Shown in pieces: positions 1 to 13,200 of a stretch of DNA of 64,000 bases (position 1 is the first letter of the stretch; every line of letters begins with the position of its first letter). The notes beneath the pieces were generated by a model, which saw only the letters and a program-made list of their open reading frames with translations, ran no database searches and was not told the DNA's origin. Source of the stretch: Daphnia carinata. Its lineage: Eukaryota. Made by a program: the position numbers and the translations under genes. The stretch lies in contig NC_081331.1 in NCBI RefSeq assembly GCF_022539665.2, positions 744,001 through 808,000 on the forward strand. Reading direction: 5' to 3'.

Positions 1-3000
1 ACAAGACGAATTGTAGACAAGAGAAAAAAAGACGATTGGAACTTAAAAAAAAACAACGTCCCTCCGCTTCCCTTTCTGGGCCTTTGTGTTCTGATAAAGA
101 CGATTGACGGAACCACACAGGAAAAAAAATTGCTCAATTGCTCAGTCATGGAGGGAGGAAAAATCAAACGTGGATCGACGTCAAATGTGCATGAGTCAGT
201 CGTTAGAAAAGCACAAAGAGAGGAAAAGACTCCGTGATCCTTTTCTTCTTCTTCTTCTAAAAGTTTTTCTTTTTTTTTTTTGTCTAATGAGAATTGGATG
301 GTTTGAAATGCTGACGTCGTGTCTGACCTTTCCTTCTCATGTTTTTTTCTATTAAAGAAACGGCTGACGAAAACGTTTCTGTCATACAGTTCGAGTACTT
401 GATACAAAAAAAAAAAAAAAACGAGTGAAATTCGTTGCGTTTACAACAAAAGTTTCGAATCCCGTTTTTTGTCTGGCAAACACGGCAAGGCAAGTCGACA
501 ACAAATTAGCAATACCTATAACTGTAAACACAACACGTCAAGACGTATGTTACCAAAGAGTTAACTTGTTTTCGGTACGTTCGCTTACGCGTGGCGGGAA
601 ATTGGAAAACTTGCCAGGGTTGAAATTGCCATACGAATAGAAACGCGCCCATCTGCAGCGATGGGATGCGTGTCTTGCTCTCTTTTACGTTAAAAGTCTG
701 AACATGAAAGAAATGTAATCCGGCTTTATCGCAAATTCAAATGAGACCAAAAAAAAAAAAAAAACGATTAACATGAGATCAGCTATCCTATTCTGAAATA
801 TCGCAACACCTCTTAACTTTACTTCCCACCAAACTCTTTTCAAATAGAGAGCCGCATAATGTAAAAAAAAAAACAAAAAAAAAACAAAAACAAAGAAAAA
901 TAATACGCAATACTTCAAACGAAAAGGTGCGTGTTTTGACTAGGTTTTCCGTATGTACGCACGCCATTGCGAAGGAAACATCACTATAGTGACATCACCT
1001 AGAGACGTCGGCTAACCGAATTCCGGACTCTTTCCTTACGCAGTGGTTCAAAAACCTCTTGACAAGTCTACAGCAATCAATCTCTATAGTTTTAAAGATG
1101 TCGACAGCTGATTGCGTGTCTTTCTCCGCACGACAATTACGAAGCGAATGATTGACGAGGTCGCGTCGCGAGCGCGCTATCCATCAAGCTCACGAAAAAG
1201 AAAAATGGAACGACTTAGCGGCAAACGCATCCAAAAATCACGAGCCCGCTGATGAGGGAATCGACTATACGGCGTTGGGCAAATGAAAAAAAGAATCAGA
1301 TATTTGTTAAACAATTATCCGTGTACAGCTCGCTGTTTAACGTTAATGATTCACTAACCGTTTCCCTATAAGCCACACGCTCTTTTGCGTCGCTAATAAA
1401 TGACGTTAATCACTTTGTCAAACGATTTGCACGCGATGCCGTTTGTGGCTTTATTTCGTTCCAACAGGCGGCCGTCACAAGCCCCCCCCCCCGTCCATGC
1501 TCATCAAATTGTTAATAACGAAAAGAAAAGTGTTGCCCTTGCTTACACGCCCGCTTTAAAAGATTGAAATGGGAAAAGCCAAAAGCTCTTTGGGACGCTG
1601 ATCCGCCGCGAGTGCTACCAAATAAATCATTAGCCAGACATCTTAAAGAAAAGCTCATATGCCTCCCTCGTAATGGGCTGTCAAGGCAACCGTCCCCATT
1701 TCTCTTACGAGCTTATTCAACAGTAGCGCATCAAACAGTTAGAAGCCTAAATGTCAAAACTTTCTGATGACAGACGCACGTCTAAAGACATTTCTTTTTT
1801 CTAAGATTAACTAATTGCCTCGGTGTTTACAACTCGGCGCGTGCAACAACTTGAATAAAAAAAAAAAAAAAGGATTTTGAAAAAGAAATTCAAAGGAAAT
1901 ATCATGGGGGGGGGATGGGCATTCGTAACGTGAATCGGAATGATGTCGAACATCTTTTGCTTTGATGACACGATAATATGGAAAAAGTGAGGCAACATGA
2001 TATAATCGACGTTTCATCCATTGAACAATCGACGCGTTCACGTACTCCCCTTCCCCAAACTATTCTGTAATTAAACTCCGGAAGTGACTCATAATTTGTG
2101 TGTTTGTTTTTTCTACGACAATGAATCATGTCTGGAGATTAGTTTGACAGGACTTTTCTTTTTTAAGTCGTAAAATGCAGAATTACTATTGGGACATGTT
2201 TCGGATGACTCCCCAAAGGCGAGTTGAAACTGTCGTGGGAAAACAGAGAGGACATTTTGTAAAACAAAAAAAAAAAAAGAGCAAAGCGGTGACAGGGTAA
2301 AAATCGATTTGACACGAAGTACGACAAGAAGAGAACATTCACGTGCAAGAAAAAATAATAATAATAAAAGGAATGATCTACATGACTAACACAATTAATT
2401 GCGAGCAGACGAAGTTTGCTGTCATTCGAAAATGACGTGTAGTGACAAACGCAGGCTTAGTGGAACGTTCATTTGCATTTGCAAATACATTTTGAATGCG
2501 TTCCGAGAAAAAGATATGATGAAACTTAATCGACAACTTTCATAGTGCCTAGTTTTCGCCTGGACTGCATTTCACGAGCATTTTAACGTATACATTATCA
2601 TCGGTGCCCTTCGAATAGCGAAGAACGTCCAAAAACTTTATTAGCACCCCCACTTTTCAAGAGACTTTGGCTAAAAAACAAAACGACGATCAGCTGAGGA
2701 GCAGACGGCACTTGACGTCGCTCATCGATCGTGAAAATTTGAATTAAAACTCTACTTTTCCATCAACATTTGATGTTTGAAAAAAAAAATAATAATAATA
2801 ATAACAAGAATGGGATGGTAGAGCACACAGACACGCGCAAGTTGACTGTATCAAGGACTTATTCCAGTTGCCCGGTTTCGTTGTACAGTCTACTTTATTC
2901 ATCGAAAAATTCATCCGCAGTATCCGCTTGGCGATGGAGCCAATTGAAAAAAAAAAAAACCTAGGGTGTTGACTAGACGAAAGCCATTGGGTTATCCCCT

Positions 3001-6000
3001 TTCATATTTTTTTTTTAGGTTAAACACGGATCGATAGAAGCAATTTTTTAATATTTTTTCTATAAGCCCTTCGTGTTATTGTTTTTGCCCGTGAAAACAA
3101 AAATGAGGAGGGAGGGATGTGGGTTATGACAGCGCAATCGAAAATGTTTTGAAAACTCATTTGAACGAACTGTATAATTACCGCAATCCGATAAGTAATT
3201 TTGAAACGGTGTAGCCTTCGATACCAATGTTATGAAAAAGAGGGGGCGGATAAAAGGAGGGTAAATATTGATTGACTGAATTACTTGTTCCAGAGAGTCA
3301 AGGGGAAAGGGGTTGCGAGATTACGAGACTTGAATTTTCGAAAAGAAAAACAGCTGATTGCTAACCACCACAGAGATACGCTACCAACAAGCGTGTAAAA
3401 TGACGAGCTTGATTGCACAAATTCGTTTGAAGTTTTGGAAAATGAAATAGCGAACGCATCGTAAAATCGTGTTTTTCCTACGTCAATAGCTCAGCGATAT
3501 CGTCCCCCCCCCCCCGGAACGCCCTTTTCATTTCGTATATACATGTACATCGCAATTCTTCTTTTTAAAACTTCATCAATCAATTTTCATCGTTTTCCTT
3601 CTTAGAATTACAGCCAGTAATTTGAGTACCTCTATGTAACAGCCTGGAACATGAACGTGGCGCAATAAAAAAAAGAGCGAATTGAAAAAGAATAGACCTG
3701 CCATTCAGAAACGATGTAGAAAAATGGGTTGGCAATTTACCACATTCCTCTCAACTTGCGTGATTTCGATAATACACGAAATGAGTTCATTGGCTATTCT
3801 AAATCACAAAGAACGATGCAAAGTCATCAAAATACAAAGGGAAAATAAACGAAAATGAAACCGACAACGGTTTGTAAATTTACAAACTACGCAAACGGAA
3901 AGGACTCGACAAATGCTTGCAAGTTAACGTATGGCCACTGGTCTAATCCTCGAGTTGTGGCGGTATTGTTTTTTTTTTTTTTACAAAGAACAATCGTACC
4001 AAACGAATGCCACTTGAACCCTGTCTTCCCCGCATAACAAAGACACACACGCAAAAAAAAAAAAAACGTTGAAAAATACTTGTTAATTTTCAACGCTCTT
4101 AAGATTACGCGCAATGGTTCGTTAACCATCTCTTTTAACTTGATTATCAAAAGAATCGCATCAAAAAGAAATCCCCTTATCGTATTTTATAACGCGAAAC
4201 ATGAGTGACCTACTCCGGTTATCTCCAAACGTCAATTTACAAAATATTCATCGATGAGATGAAATGAGATCTATAGATCAATGAACAGCGAAAAGTTGGC
4301 CGTCCCAATTACATGAAAAAGAAAAACTATGACCCCCCCCCCTGCTGACACATTCCGTTAAAATCTTTGACTACGTCTAAGTGTTATTCATCAATTAAAA
4401 ACGAGACGTTGCAGCAGAGTTCGATGAGCAACGGTCCGTGAATCATCGGCCAATTAAAAAGGAAATGAAGAAGGTTCCTCAACTTTGTAGATTCATCGAC
4501 TCTTTTCGGCGCTTTCTCATTGGGAGAAAATGATTTTTGTTTTTAAACAAGACGCTTGCGTTGAATGAGAGAAGTGTGACGCTCGTTTGTCGTCCCATCG
4601 TTGGATCGCGAAACAAAAGGAAACATTTGCGAAAAGAAAGCGACAGAATAGCGTGATAAATATGAAAGAAAACAACAAGCTTTTTGCTCCGCACGTTCAC
4701 TACAAGAATTTTTTAAACTAGGGATCCGCTATGCAAACGGAGAAGTGATCAAGAAATCGATTGGGCCGATTGAAAATCACGAACAGTCGATTCTCCATTG
4801 ATATGGAAGGCCATCGGCATAGCCATCGGCTGTTATTCCGTCTCTTTTGACATAAGAATATATGACAGCCGAAGGGATTCCAACATTCACATTGCGCACG
4901 AATTGAAAAGGGTGATGTAAGCTTTTTGTTCTTCGTGTTATTCAATTTCTGTTGCTTAACCTTCTCCATCGTTTTTGATGTGCGAATGCCTCTATTATTC
5001 AATTTCACGTCGCAAAGTGCTACTGGAATTCACGAGACATTTCTTTCCAACAAAAACAAAAAGCCAAACATTTAAACACAACAAAAAAAATAATAAATAA
5101 TTTCTACGTCGTACAACAATGTTTTGTTTAACATCACCGTTTTCCTTTCAATGATGGCTAATACGTTATGCCAAGCTGTTGAGATGGCCGATTGCTGGTT
5201 GGTAATACTTGAACCACGTGCGGTCAAGAACTTGGGGTTTCAAAAAAACACAAAAGCATACTGAGAAAATAAGTGCGCGACGTCTCCTTCAATCTAGTCA
5301 GTCGACATGACGAAAAAGAAAAAGAAAACTAGAAAAAGTTGATTGGCAACCGCACAGTATTGATCTCTCTCTGTGAACGCAGTCTCAAGTGGGGAGCTAG
5401 TACCCAAAGTTGTACGCATACATGACCAGTGAGAAGATAGGAGAGGTTGATAGATACAGGACGCGGTAGTGCGTGTGTTTCGGTCAACTCCAAAGACATC
5501 AAACCTTATCTTTTAGATTTACTTTTTTTTTTTTTTTTTTTTGGTCTTGATACCACTACTACAGATATTCGTGGCCGTTTTTTTTTTTTTTTCAAACAGA
5601 ACTTTGACTCGAACAGTGGCGCTGTGCGCGGACAATGTATGGCACCTATCGCGGAAACGACGATCGCTTAAACTACTTCCTTTATTTTTGGAACTTTCCC
5701 CACCTCATATAAAAGGAGAGGGACGTCATTAAACCGCCATCTCGAGTGGCCCATCTCCTAGCGACATTTGATTGCTACATGTAAAAAAAGGGGTCGTATA
5801 CCTTTGCTATACGTTCCAATATTCTGTCCTCTACGTGGACGGAACGCTGCGGCTGTCCGCACGGGCCAATTGACACGCCCGACACGCAGACGAAACAATA
5901 AAAAATGAACGATGTCGTCGTTAGATGGTCGTAACTCTATCATACACACACAAAGGCTCCCCCCCCCAAAGGGCTGACGTCCCTCAATCAGCAGCTTCGC

Positions 6001-9000
6001 TATATCACATATAAAGTTCTTTAGGCATTGGACAATGCAATGAAAAAGGGGATAAGACGTTTGACAAAAGAAAAAGAAAAGGGAAAAACTTTTCAGTCAG
6101 TTGATCGTGTTTTTTATGTGACGAAGCGCTTGAAAATTGCGCTCAAATTATTGAAGTGTCAGTTTAAATTGATCTGCTGTCATGGGCAATTGATGAACTT
6201 TCCATTAGCTGCAAGTTGATGGCGCTGAAAGTTTGGTCTCTTAAACAAGTTTTAGAGTTTGTTGTAAACGGATAGCGTTATTCGAAGCGCACCTGCTAAT
6301 TTAACGCGTACCATCAAACTTGAACCTGTTTTCGAATGCACGCGTCTACAGTTTCCTTCTCGTTTTACGATACATTTCCTCCCCCTTTTCTATTAAACAT
6401 AAAGATAGCGCCTCCGAGGTGGCATGTGAAATGAATGCAAAGTCTTATTCAAACGAGCATCGATCGCTTTTATTCTATAAGACTTTTAAAACCAAGCTGA
6501 AGATTGGCAGCAACCGGAGCTGCTCTAGCGTGTGGCTGGAAGACGATAAAAACAAAACAAAAAAAAATAAAAAATAAAAACAGAAACGCTAGTTCGGCTT
6601 TTCTCTTTTTTAATGACTGTTCTGAGAGGTGAAAAGACGAAGGGCAAAAGGCTCATCCGGCTTATAGACAGCGGGCGCATTATTAACATACATTTCAACC
6701 TTAATGATATGCAATATGCAGATCCAAAAGATTATTAAGTGGCAAAGGACTTTCCGTGAAAGGCAAAAGAGAGAGAAATAAAAGCAAAAACCAATAAGCC
6801 GAAAAGGCAATTTGAGGTTTAGAAACTAACAAGCGTTGCACGTTAAAGGGTTGTCTAGGTAACGAAATATTCATAACATTTCATCTGACTCTAAAGGGGG
6901 GCTAACTTAAAAAGGAAAAGCTCGAAAGAGTTGCTGCTATTTTGATAACGAGCATTCGTCTTTCACCGATCGTTATCGGGCGAACAAAAAATGTCTACTC
7001 CGACAAGTGGCACAACGAGAAAAACGTGTTCTTTGAATTGTGTGCGCATTGTTAAACCGTCCTTGGAATAATCGTAAACGTATCGTAACCAATTATTCTA
7101 CAAGTACTGATCTTTGCGGCAATTTGATTTTAAAAAGTTGCAACCGCATAGGAAAAAATGTTTGTTTTAAAAAAAAAAAATTCCATGTTAACTTGTTCGC
7201 TTATTTTCCAGTTGGTTTCATGGAGGATTTACGCATCAAAACACAAAGTTTGCGGACAATTATATTGCGAAAGTAAAAGATTCGATTTTCTAGTCTTAAA
7301 AAAACAAGTACATTGTTGGTTTTCTTTAATTATTTAATTGGGAGAGTTTTGGATTGAAATATATATATGTAGTGTTTTGTTTTTCTGTTTCTTGAAAAAC
7401 AAAAATATCGAGTCAATAACATGACAACAGAGCCACCTTTCGCTGAATTTCTGTACTCGAACATCGAGTTAGCAACATAGTACGGATTCAGCCGCGAGGT
7501 GGCGCTGATACTAAGACAACAATCCAACCAAAACATTTTACTTTATGATACAGCTTACAGAACAGAGTACGCAAAAGAATGAACTAAACGTGGGATCTAA
7601 AATGGGTTTATAATTTTGAATTTTTTTTTTCATGTCAGGTAAGTGGGGAAGGGGGGTTTAACAATTCCATTGCTCTCGCTACAAAGGATCAAGCGATCCT
7701 ACAAAGAAATGAAACCTTGTTGGTTTTCCATCCTTTTCTTATACAATATATAAATCCAGTGCTTTGAATGCACTCCGCCGTCCCCCCCCCCCTCCCCATT
7801 CTGGTGGTCAAACATCGTGTTTCAATTTCAGGGAATCAAATTATTTATTCTGTTGAATATGAAGCAGAAGAAAAATAACAATACAAAAACAAGCTGGCGC
7901 TCGCAATTCGTAAAGAGGAAGCCTTTTTTTCTTTTTTTTTCACATACATCGCATTTTTCCTATCTGCCAGTAACTTTAACATCCCTCCCCCCGCAAAAAA
8001 AAAGCTTTGGACAATATATTTGTTTTGCAAGGGAAACGAAATGATTACTTCAATCCGCATTCTTTTGCATTTCAGACGCTTCGCTGAGTTACGCAGATTG
8101 AAAACTCGCCTTGTTGCAACGTGAATGTTCAAGGAAAACCCAATAACTCTTTACTTGTTTGTATCACGCGTCCTAAAAGAAGCATCTACGATTGATTAAC
8201 CACCGTCCCTCGCCGCAAGTTTACGCAACGCCCAAACCAATTTAGATCTGCGATCTCTTCAACGAATCAACCCAAAGAAATACGTACGCTTATTGAATCA
8301 GCATAAAACGTATAGCCAAACCAATAAATAGAAATCAACACTTCAAAAAAAAAAAAAAAAGGCCAGCGAATAGGCTAAGAAAATAGGAAGTTTTCAGTAG
8401 TTCAAATCGATGACAAGCAGCCAACAAAACCGACAGTAAAGAAACAACATCCTAACAAAAATGGGTTCTCGATTCCCGATTCTCATCACGTATCTATATG
8501 CCTCTTTTTCTTTTTGGCCTTTCGAATAAAAAGCCACTATGATCGACAAGATACTGCCGTGCGGGGGAAGACGAAAACAAAGAGGCAAAAAAAAAACTAT
8601 CGTTTCCAAAAAGAAAAAGGATGGCTGGGTGTAATGCAACTGGCGATAACGTCAGTCCTTTACAAATAGTGAGGAGAAACTTTCGTGGGCAAATGATAAG
8701 ACGCGTGACATTTCCGAAGATTTTGGACGCGTGACAGATCTCACGAAATTTGTTTTTCGGGGGGAGGCAAAGTTTCACGACAAATCCCAAAGGCAAATTT
8801 CGTGTTGTACTTGCCCCAGCTTTTTCCAACGAAAACAAACAGAAGGCAAAAAGATTTTTAACTGACAACATGCTTAACTTTGTCTACATAGTGAATGGTG
8901 ATGGCCTTTTGTTGGCTGGCAAGTCATGAAAAATACAATCTGTGTTACTCTAAACCGAGAAATTGTTTCGAATGGCCGACCATCAATTAGCCTAATCCAA

Positions 9001-9659
9001 CAAACACAAAAAGCTACTCAAAATTCTTCGCTGTTGCTAATAACTATGTTTGTCGTAATGCACTCGTGCAGTTGGGAATGGCAACACAAAATGTTTGAAA
9101 TGCCAGGCATGGAAAGCATAATTACATTCGACTTCGGGCAACAGGGAGTCATGCTGGGCAAAAAAGAAAAAATGGCGTTCGCTTACCCCACATAAAAAGG
9201 AGAAATGACGTCGGCAAATTTGAAGAAAGTCATTGTTCTGCGGCAATCAGTTGTTTTCACTTGAGTTCCACACGTAAATGTACATTCAGTTTTTGTCAAT
9301 TGACTGATTACACTCTGTTTTTTGACGAAAAAGGAAACAAGATTGACGTTCGTAGGCTCCAACGTTTGTTAATTAGAGAGATGGGGTTGCTCGGCTTCCA
9401 TCACCTATGGGGCGTTGCTAAGGCAAAAATGGAAACTTAAGAACTTTCGAACTAACTATGCAAGTTTGAGTTATTTTGGGTTTCTCCTCGTTCGTGGCAC
9501 ATTTTAATTTACAACAGTTTGGAGAAAGCTTTTTTCTGGTGACGTTCATTTCAGTCTTCTCGTTAACGAGTAATGACAAGTGATACGGTTGATGTTCTTA
9601 ATTGGTTTCACCCCAAATGACTCCTACGCTATCTAGCGGTCATATTTTCGAAAAAAATG

Positions 9660-9661
<2 letters not shown>

Positions 9662-9693
<32 letters not shown>
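9662..9693. repeat. Poly-T homopolymer, 32 nt
   Basis: Directly visible. Confidence 0.9.
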
Positions 9694-9695
<2 letters not shown>

Positions 9696-10220
9696 ACTTG
9701 ATGGATTTTTGCTACGGAACTGCGGTTCACCAATTAAAATTTAAAGTGCGTTGAGATTGTTGATTCCAAATAACGCAAAAACTAAACTTAAATAATGCAG
9801 TAATCTAAGCGTAGATGTCGCCATGCTTATATGTAAATGTTGATGGCAGTTTTGATGGCTAATTTTTTCGTGTCTATTTGTTTGAAAAGCTTTCATCAGT
9901 GTACATCTAACATCGTGGGCGTACTGCGCAACAGACGTGTCCGTGGACACAAGAAATGATCTGGAATAGCCCTGGTGGCGGATTCGGCCCAGCTTTCATC
10001 CACACTACAACATCAGCTCAAGACCCGGCCGGACGCGGGTCCATTTCAATTGTAATATTTAAAAAAACGAAACGGTCCAAATTTTGTTTTAAGCCGATGT
10101 TTGTTTGTATTGGTTTGTGTTTTCTTTTCCGCATTAATATTTATCTCTAGTGTTTCATTGCGTGTGTATGTGCCGACGTTATTACCATCGGAATCAGATA
10201 GTGTTGGATCCCGTGTTAAG

Positions 10221-13200
10221 ATGAAGCTATTAATTCACACCGCTACGGGCAAGACGGCACTAATTGCATTTTTGATTCACTTGGCCATCTCCGGTTGGTG
10301 TTTTACCGGATCCGTCGCCGCCGGTGGCCAACATTTCCTGCGGACAATGGAACCAAACAATTGGCCCAGCAATCCAACTAATAATCCAGCTCCGCTGTCC
10401 GCTACTGGCGGAACAATTGGCAACAGTGCAACTATTCGAAAGCGTTCGATCTATGCTGATTATCCTGGACGTTTGCCTTTATCAACAATGACAATGATGA
10501 GAGTGCAAGAGTCAGCCCTTTACGCGGTTCAATCCGCCGTTCCAGCAACGGCTTCCGCTTTGGTGTCCGATTCGTTAATGAAACGCGTCTCGCTCGGATT
10601 GCTCCTGCCGCACACGACGTTCAGAGTTCGCGAGTACAGCAAAGCCGTCCAAACTGCCATGAACAGTTTGCGTAAACAGGATCTCAGCTTCATCAATACG
10701 TACCGGTTTCAAGTCTCTGATATCCACACAGACATGCTCAAAGTGAACCCCAGTCCCACAGGTAAAAAAGAGTATATCTGAACGTTGGCCAAAGTCAATG
10801 CGCAGCGTGTATTTGGGTATTGTTAATTCACCATAAAGAAAACTATTCAGGGAAATGAAGACGAGATTGAAAAGACATATTGTTGCAAAATTCAAAGACG
10901 AATGAATGAACAAAAAGAAAACATCGAAAATGAGATTTGTTATGTTTGGGGCTAGCCTGATTCGTTTCCGCTAAGGAATGAAGATGTAGCAACTCAATCA
11001 ATTTTCCGCCTCGTAGCGTTATCTCTGTTCCACTTCTATGCTAACGAAAAAAAAAAAATAAAATAGAAGAATAAAGAAGTTGCGGAAAAACGGATTTCTC
11101 ACAAGGGACACCAACGGCCACAGTGATAGAACATTGTAATTTCTTTCTCATTCGGAGGCCTAGGCTCATTTCCCTCGTACATGATGACACGTACAGATCT
11201 AAAAATATCTCCTCCCGTCATGTCTGTCATTGACACGCACTCGGCCAAACTTGTGTGTAAGGAAGATTAAGAGTCTCAAGAAGAAGCAACAAAAAAATAA
11301 GCAGACGGTCAAATCGCTAATGGTATGTGTCCTCAAACACGTACTGCAATATCTTACAGTGCGCAAGACCGAAGTAAATGATAAACTGATGGACCAAAAA
11401 CAAAAATGATTGATTATCTTATTTCGTGGGGTCTGGTTTTAATGTGCACGTAAAGCTGGACAGACTTAAAATAACGATGGAGAGTAGTGCATAATATAGT
11501 CATTCCGTAATGCATTATGCTTGTCATGTAAACCGTTAACGCATGAGAATCCATCAGCACGGAGGTTGATGTTCCACGCGATCACGGCCTGCTGTTTGAT
11601 ATGGAAAAGTTTGGGTCCAATGTAGTTTTAGTTTGATAAAGGAAACTGTTGGATTTATGTCACTTCTAGCCGCGTATGATGTATGAGCATCAATCAAGAA
11701 CAACTGCACTTCACCTTACGAAGGCACAAGCCGACTACTTATCTATTCTAGCCTGGCATTATTGATTTTCTTTTTCGTAGAAGAATAATAACTACTGCCG
11801 GGTTTGTTTGAAACAACACCAGTGCTTTATATAAAAAGGCTTTGATAATACCTGAAAGAGGAAACCAAGTTTATAATGAAACCAGCGTAGAATCAATCAA
11901 GAGGGTGAAAGCTAGGAGAGCAAGTAAAACATCTTTGCTCGTGTGAGATGTGTTCATTTAGGTGCTGGCGTGATTAATAAAGCCCGGCAAAAGGTCTCTA
12001 CGTACAGGAAAAATGAAAATCATCAAATAAAAGATTTTTTTTAGACCCGTTTTCAAGTCAAATTTAGAAGTTCATCTAAGCACATCAGTTTCTTGCTTTG
12101 ATGATTTCCAAGAAAACAGATCATTCTTTCAGACAAGTTCAGCGTTGCTTTGTTTATCAAGTGATTTTCAGTCACGTTTTTGGCCTGCCGAAACGACAAC
12201 ACTGAATTATCGGGAGATTGTAGTTCGCCATGGTAGGAGTGTGACAAATCAAAGCTTGTGGGCAAAGAAAAGGATATCAATCGAATTACGAGAACCGATC
12301 TCGTGAAGTGGACCAACGCGAGCACGAAGCATCTGACAAATGTGTCCCTATAGGCTCAATGCCGTCGAGTCATTTCTCATTCTTCGGGGACTGAACAGCA
12401 CAAAAGACCAGAAAACAACCCAAAGAAAATATCAGAGTATAGTCGAATTGTTCCAGTCGGATGCGTGGAATGTTTCTATCCGAAAGCGCGATTGTCTAGG
12501 CATTGTCTCGTGGTCCTTTAGTTTTAGTTTTATTGCGACAAAAAAAAAAAAAAAAAAACACAATTTTCTATGCAGCGCTATAGTTCCATTATCCATTCGT
12601 CCTCGAATTGCAACTGTTAATCAATACGTTTCTCCATATGGAATCTATCCTCCAGGAGATGACGAACAAGCTGCCAAAGATGTCTATACTCATACGAGTC
12701 TTTATGAATAGCATTACCAATTATATTCGATATCTACGAATGAACGTTTGACATTCATGGATAATGAATATCTTTTGTATGGCAATGATGATGATGAGCT
12801 TATTTGGATTGAACGCACAGTTAACATATACTGAAGAGATAGACGTCTGAATCGTTATCTGAACATACATCACTGACAGCCCTCAATCTCTTCCAGCAAT
12901 GGATGAGAACTGACACTTGCTGTATTGAGAATACTTTCTGTTTATATGTAAATATTTGTTAGAAGAAAAGAACCTCTTTATCAGAACTGCTCCAATACCC
13001 AGTAGATTTCTTTTTTCCATGTTTATTTCTTTTTTTTTCACAAAAAAATGGGACACAGCCTTGGAATAGTTTTAAAAAAAGTGAACGAGGATCGAAACTC
13101 CCCCTCCTGGAGTATAAAGTAGTGTCTCGCAACTGGACATTCCCTGCTGGTTATGTTATACAAGCCGAGACGGTTATGTATGAATAAAGCTGTGTCTGAA

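Noticed and set aside
453..464. TTCGAATCCC resembling a tRNA T-loop
   Set aside because: No cloverleaf stems or A-box around it.
1..10100. Many 60-125 aa ORFs in the first 10 kb
   Set aside because: Poly-Phe and poly-Lys translations of homopolymer runs, with no recognisable motifs and no consistent exon chain.
12785..12862. TGATGA...CTGA resembling a C/D box snoRNA in NR2 intron 1
   Set aside because: The C box is part of an (ATG)n microrepeat; no terminal stem or recognisable guide sequence.
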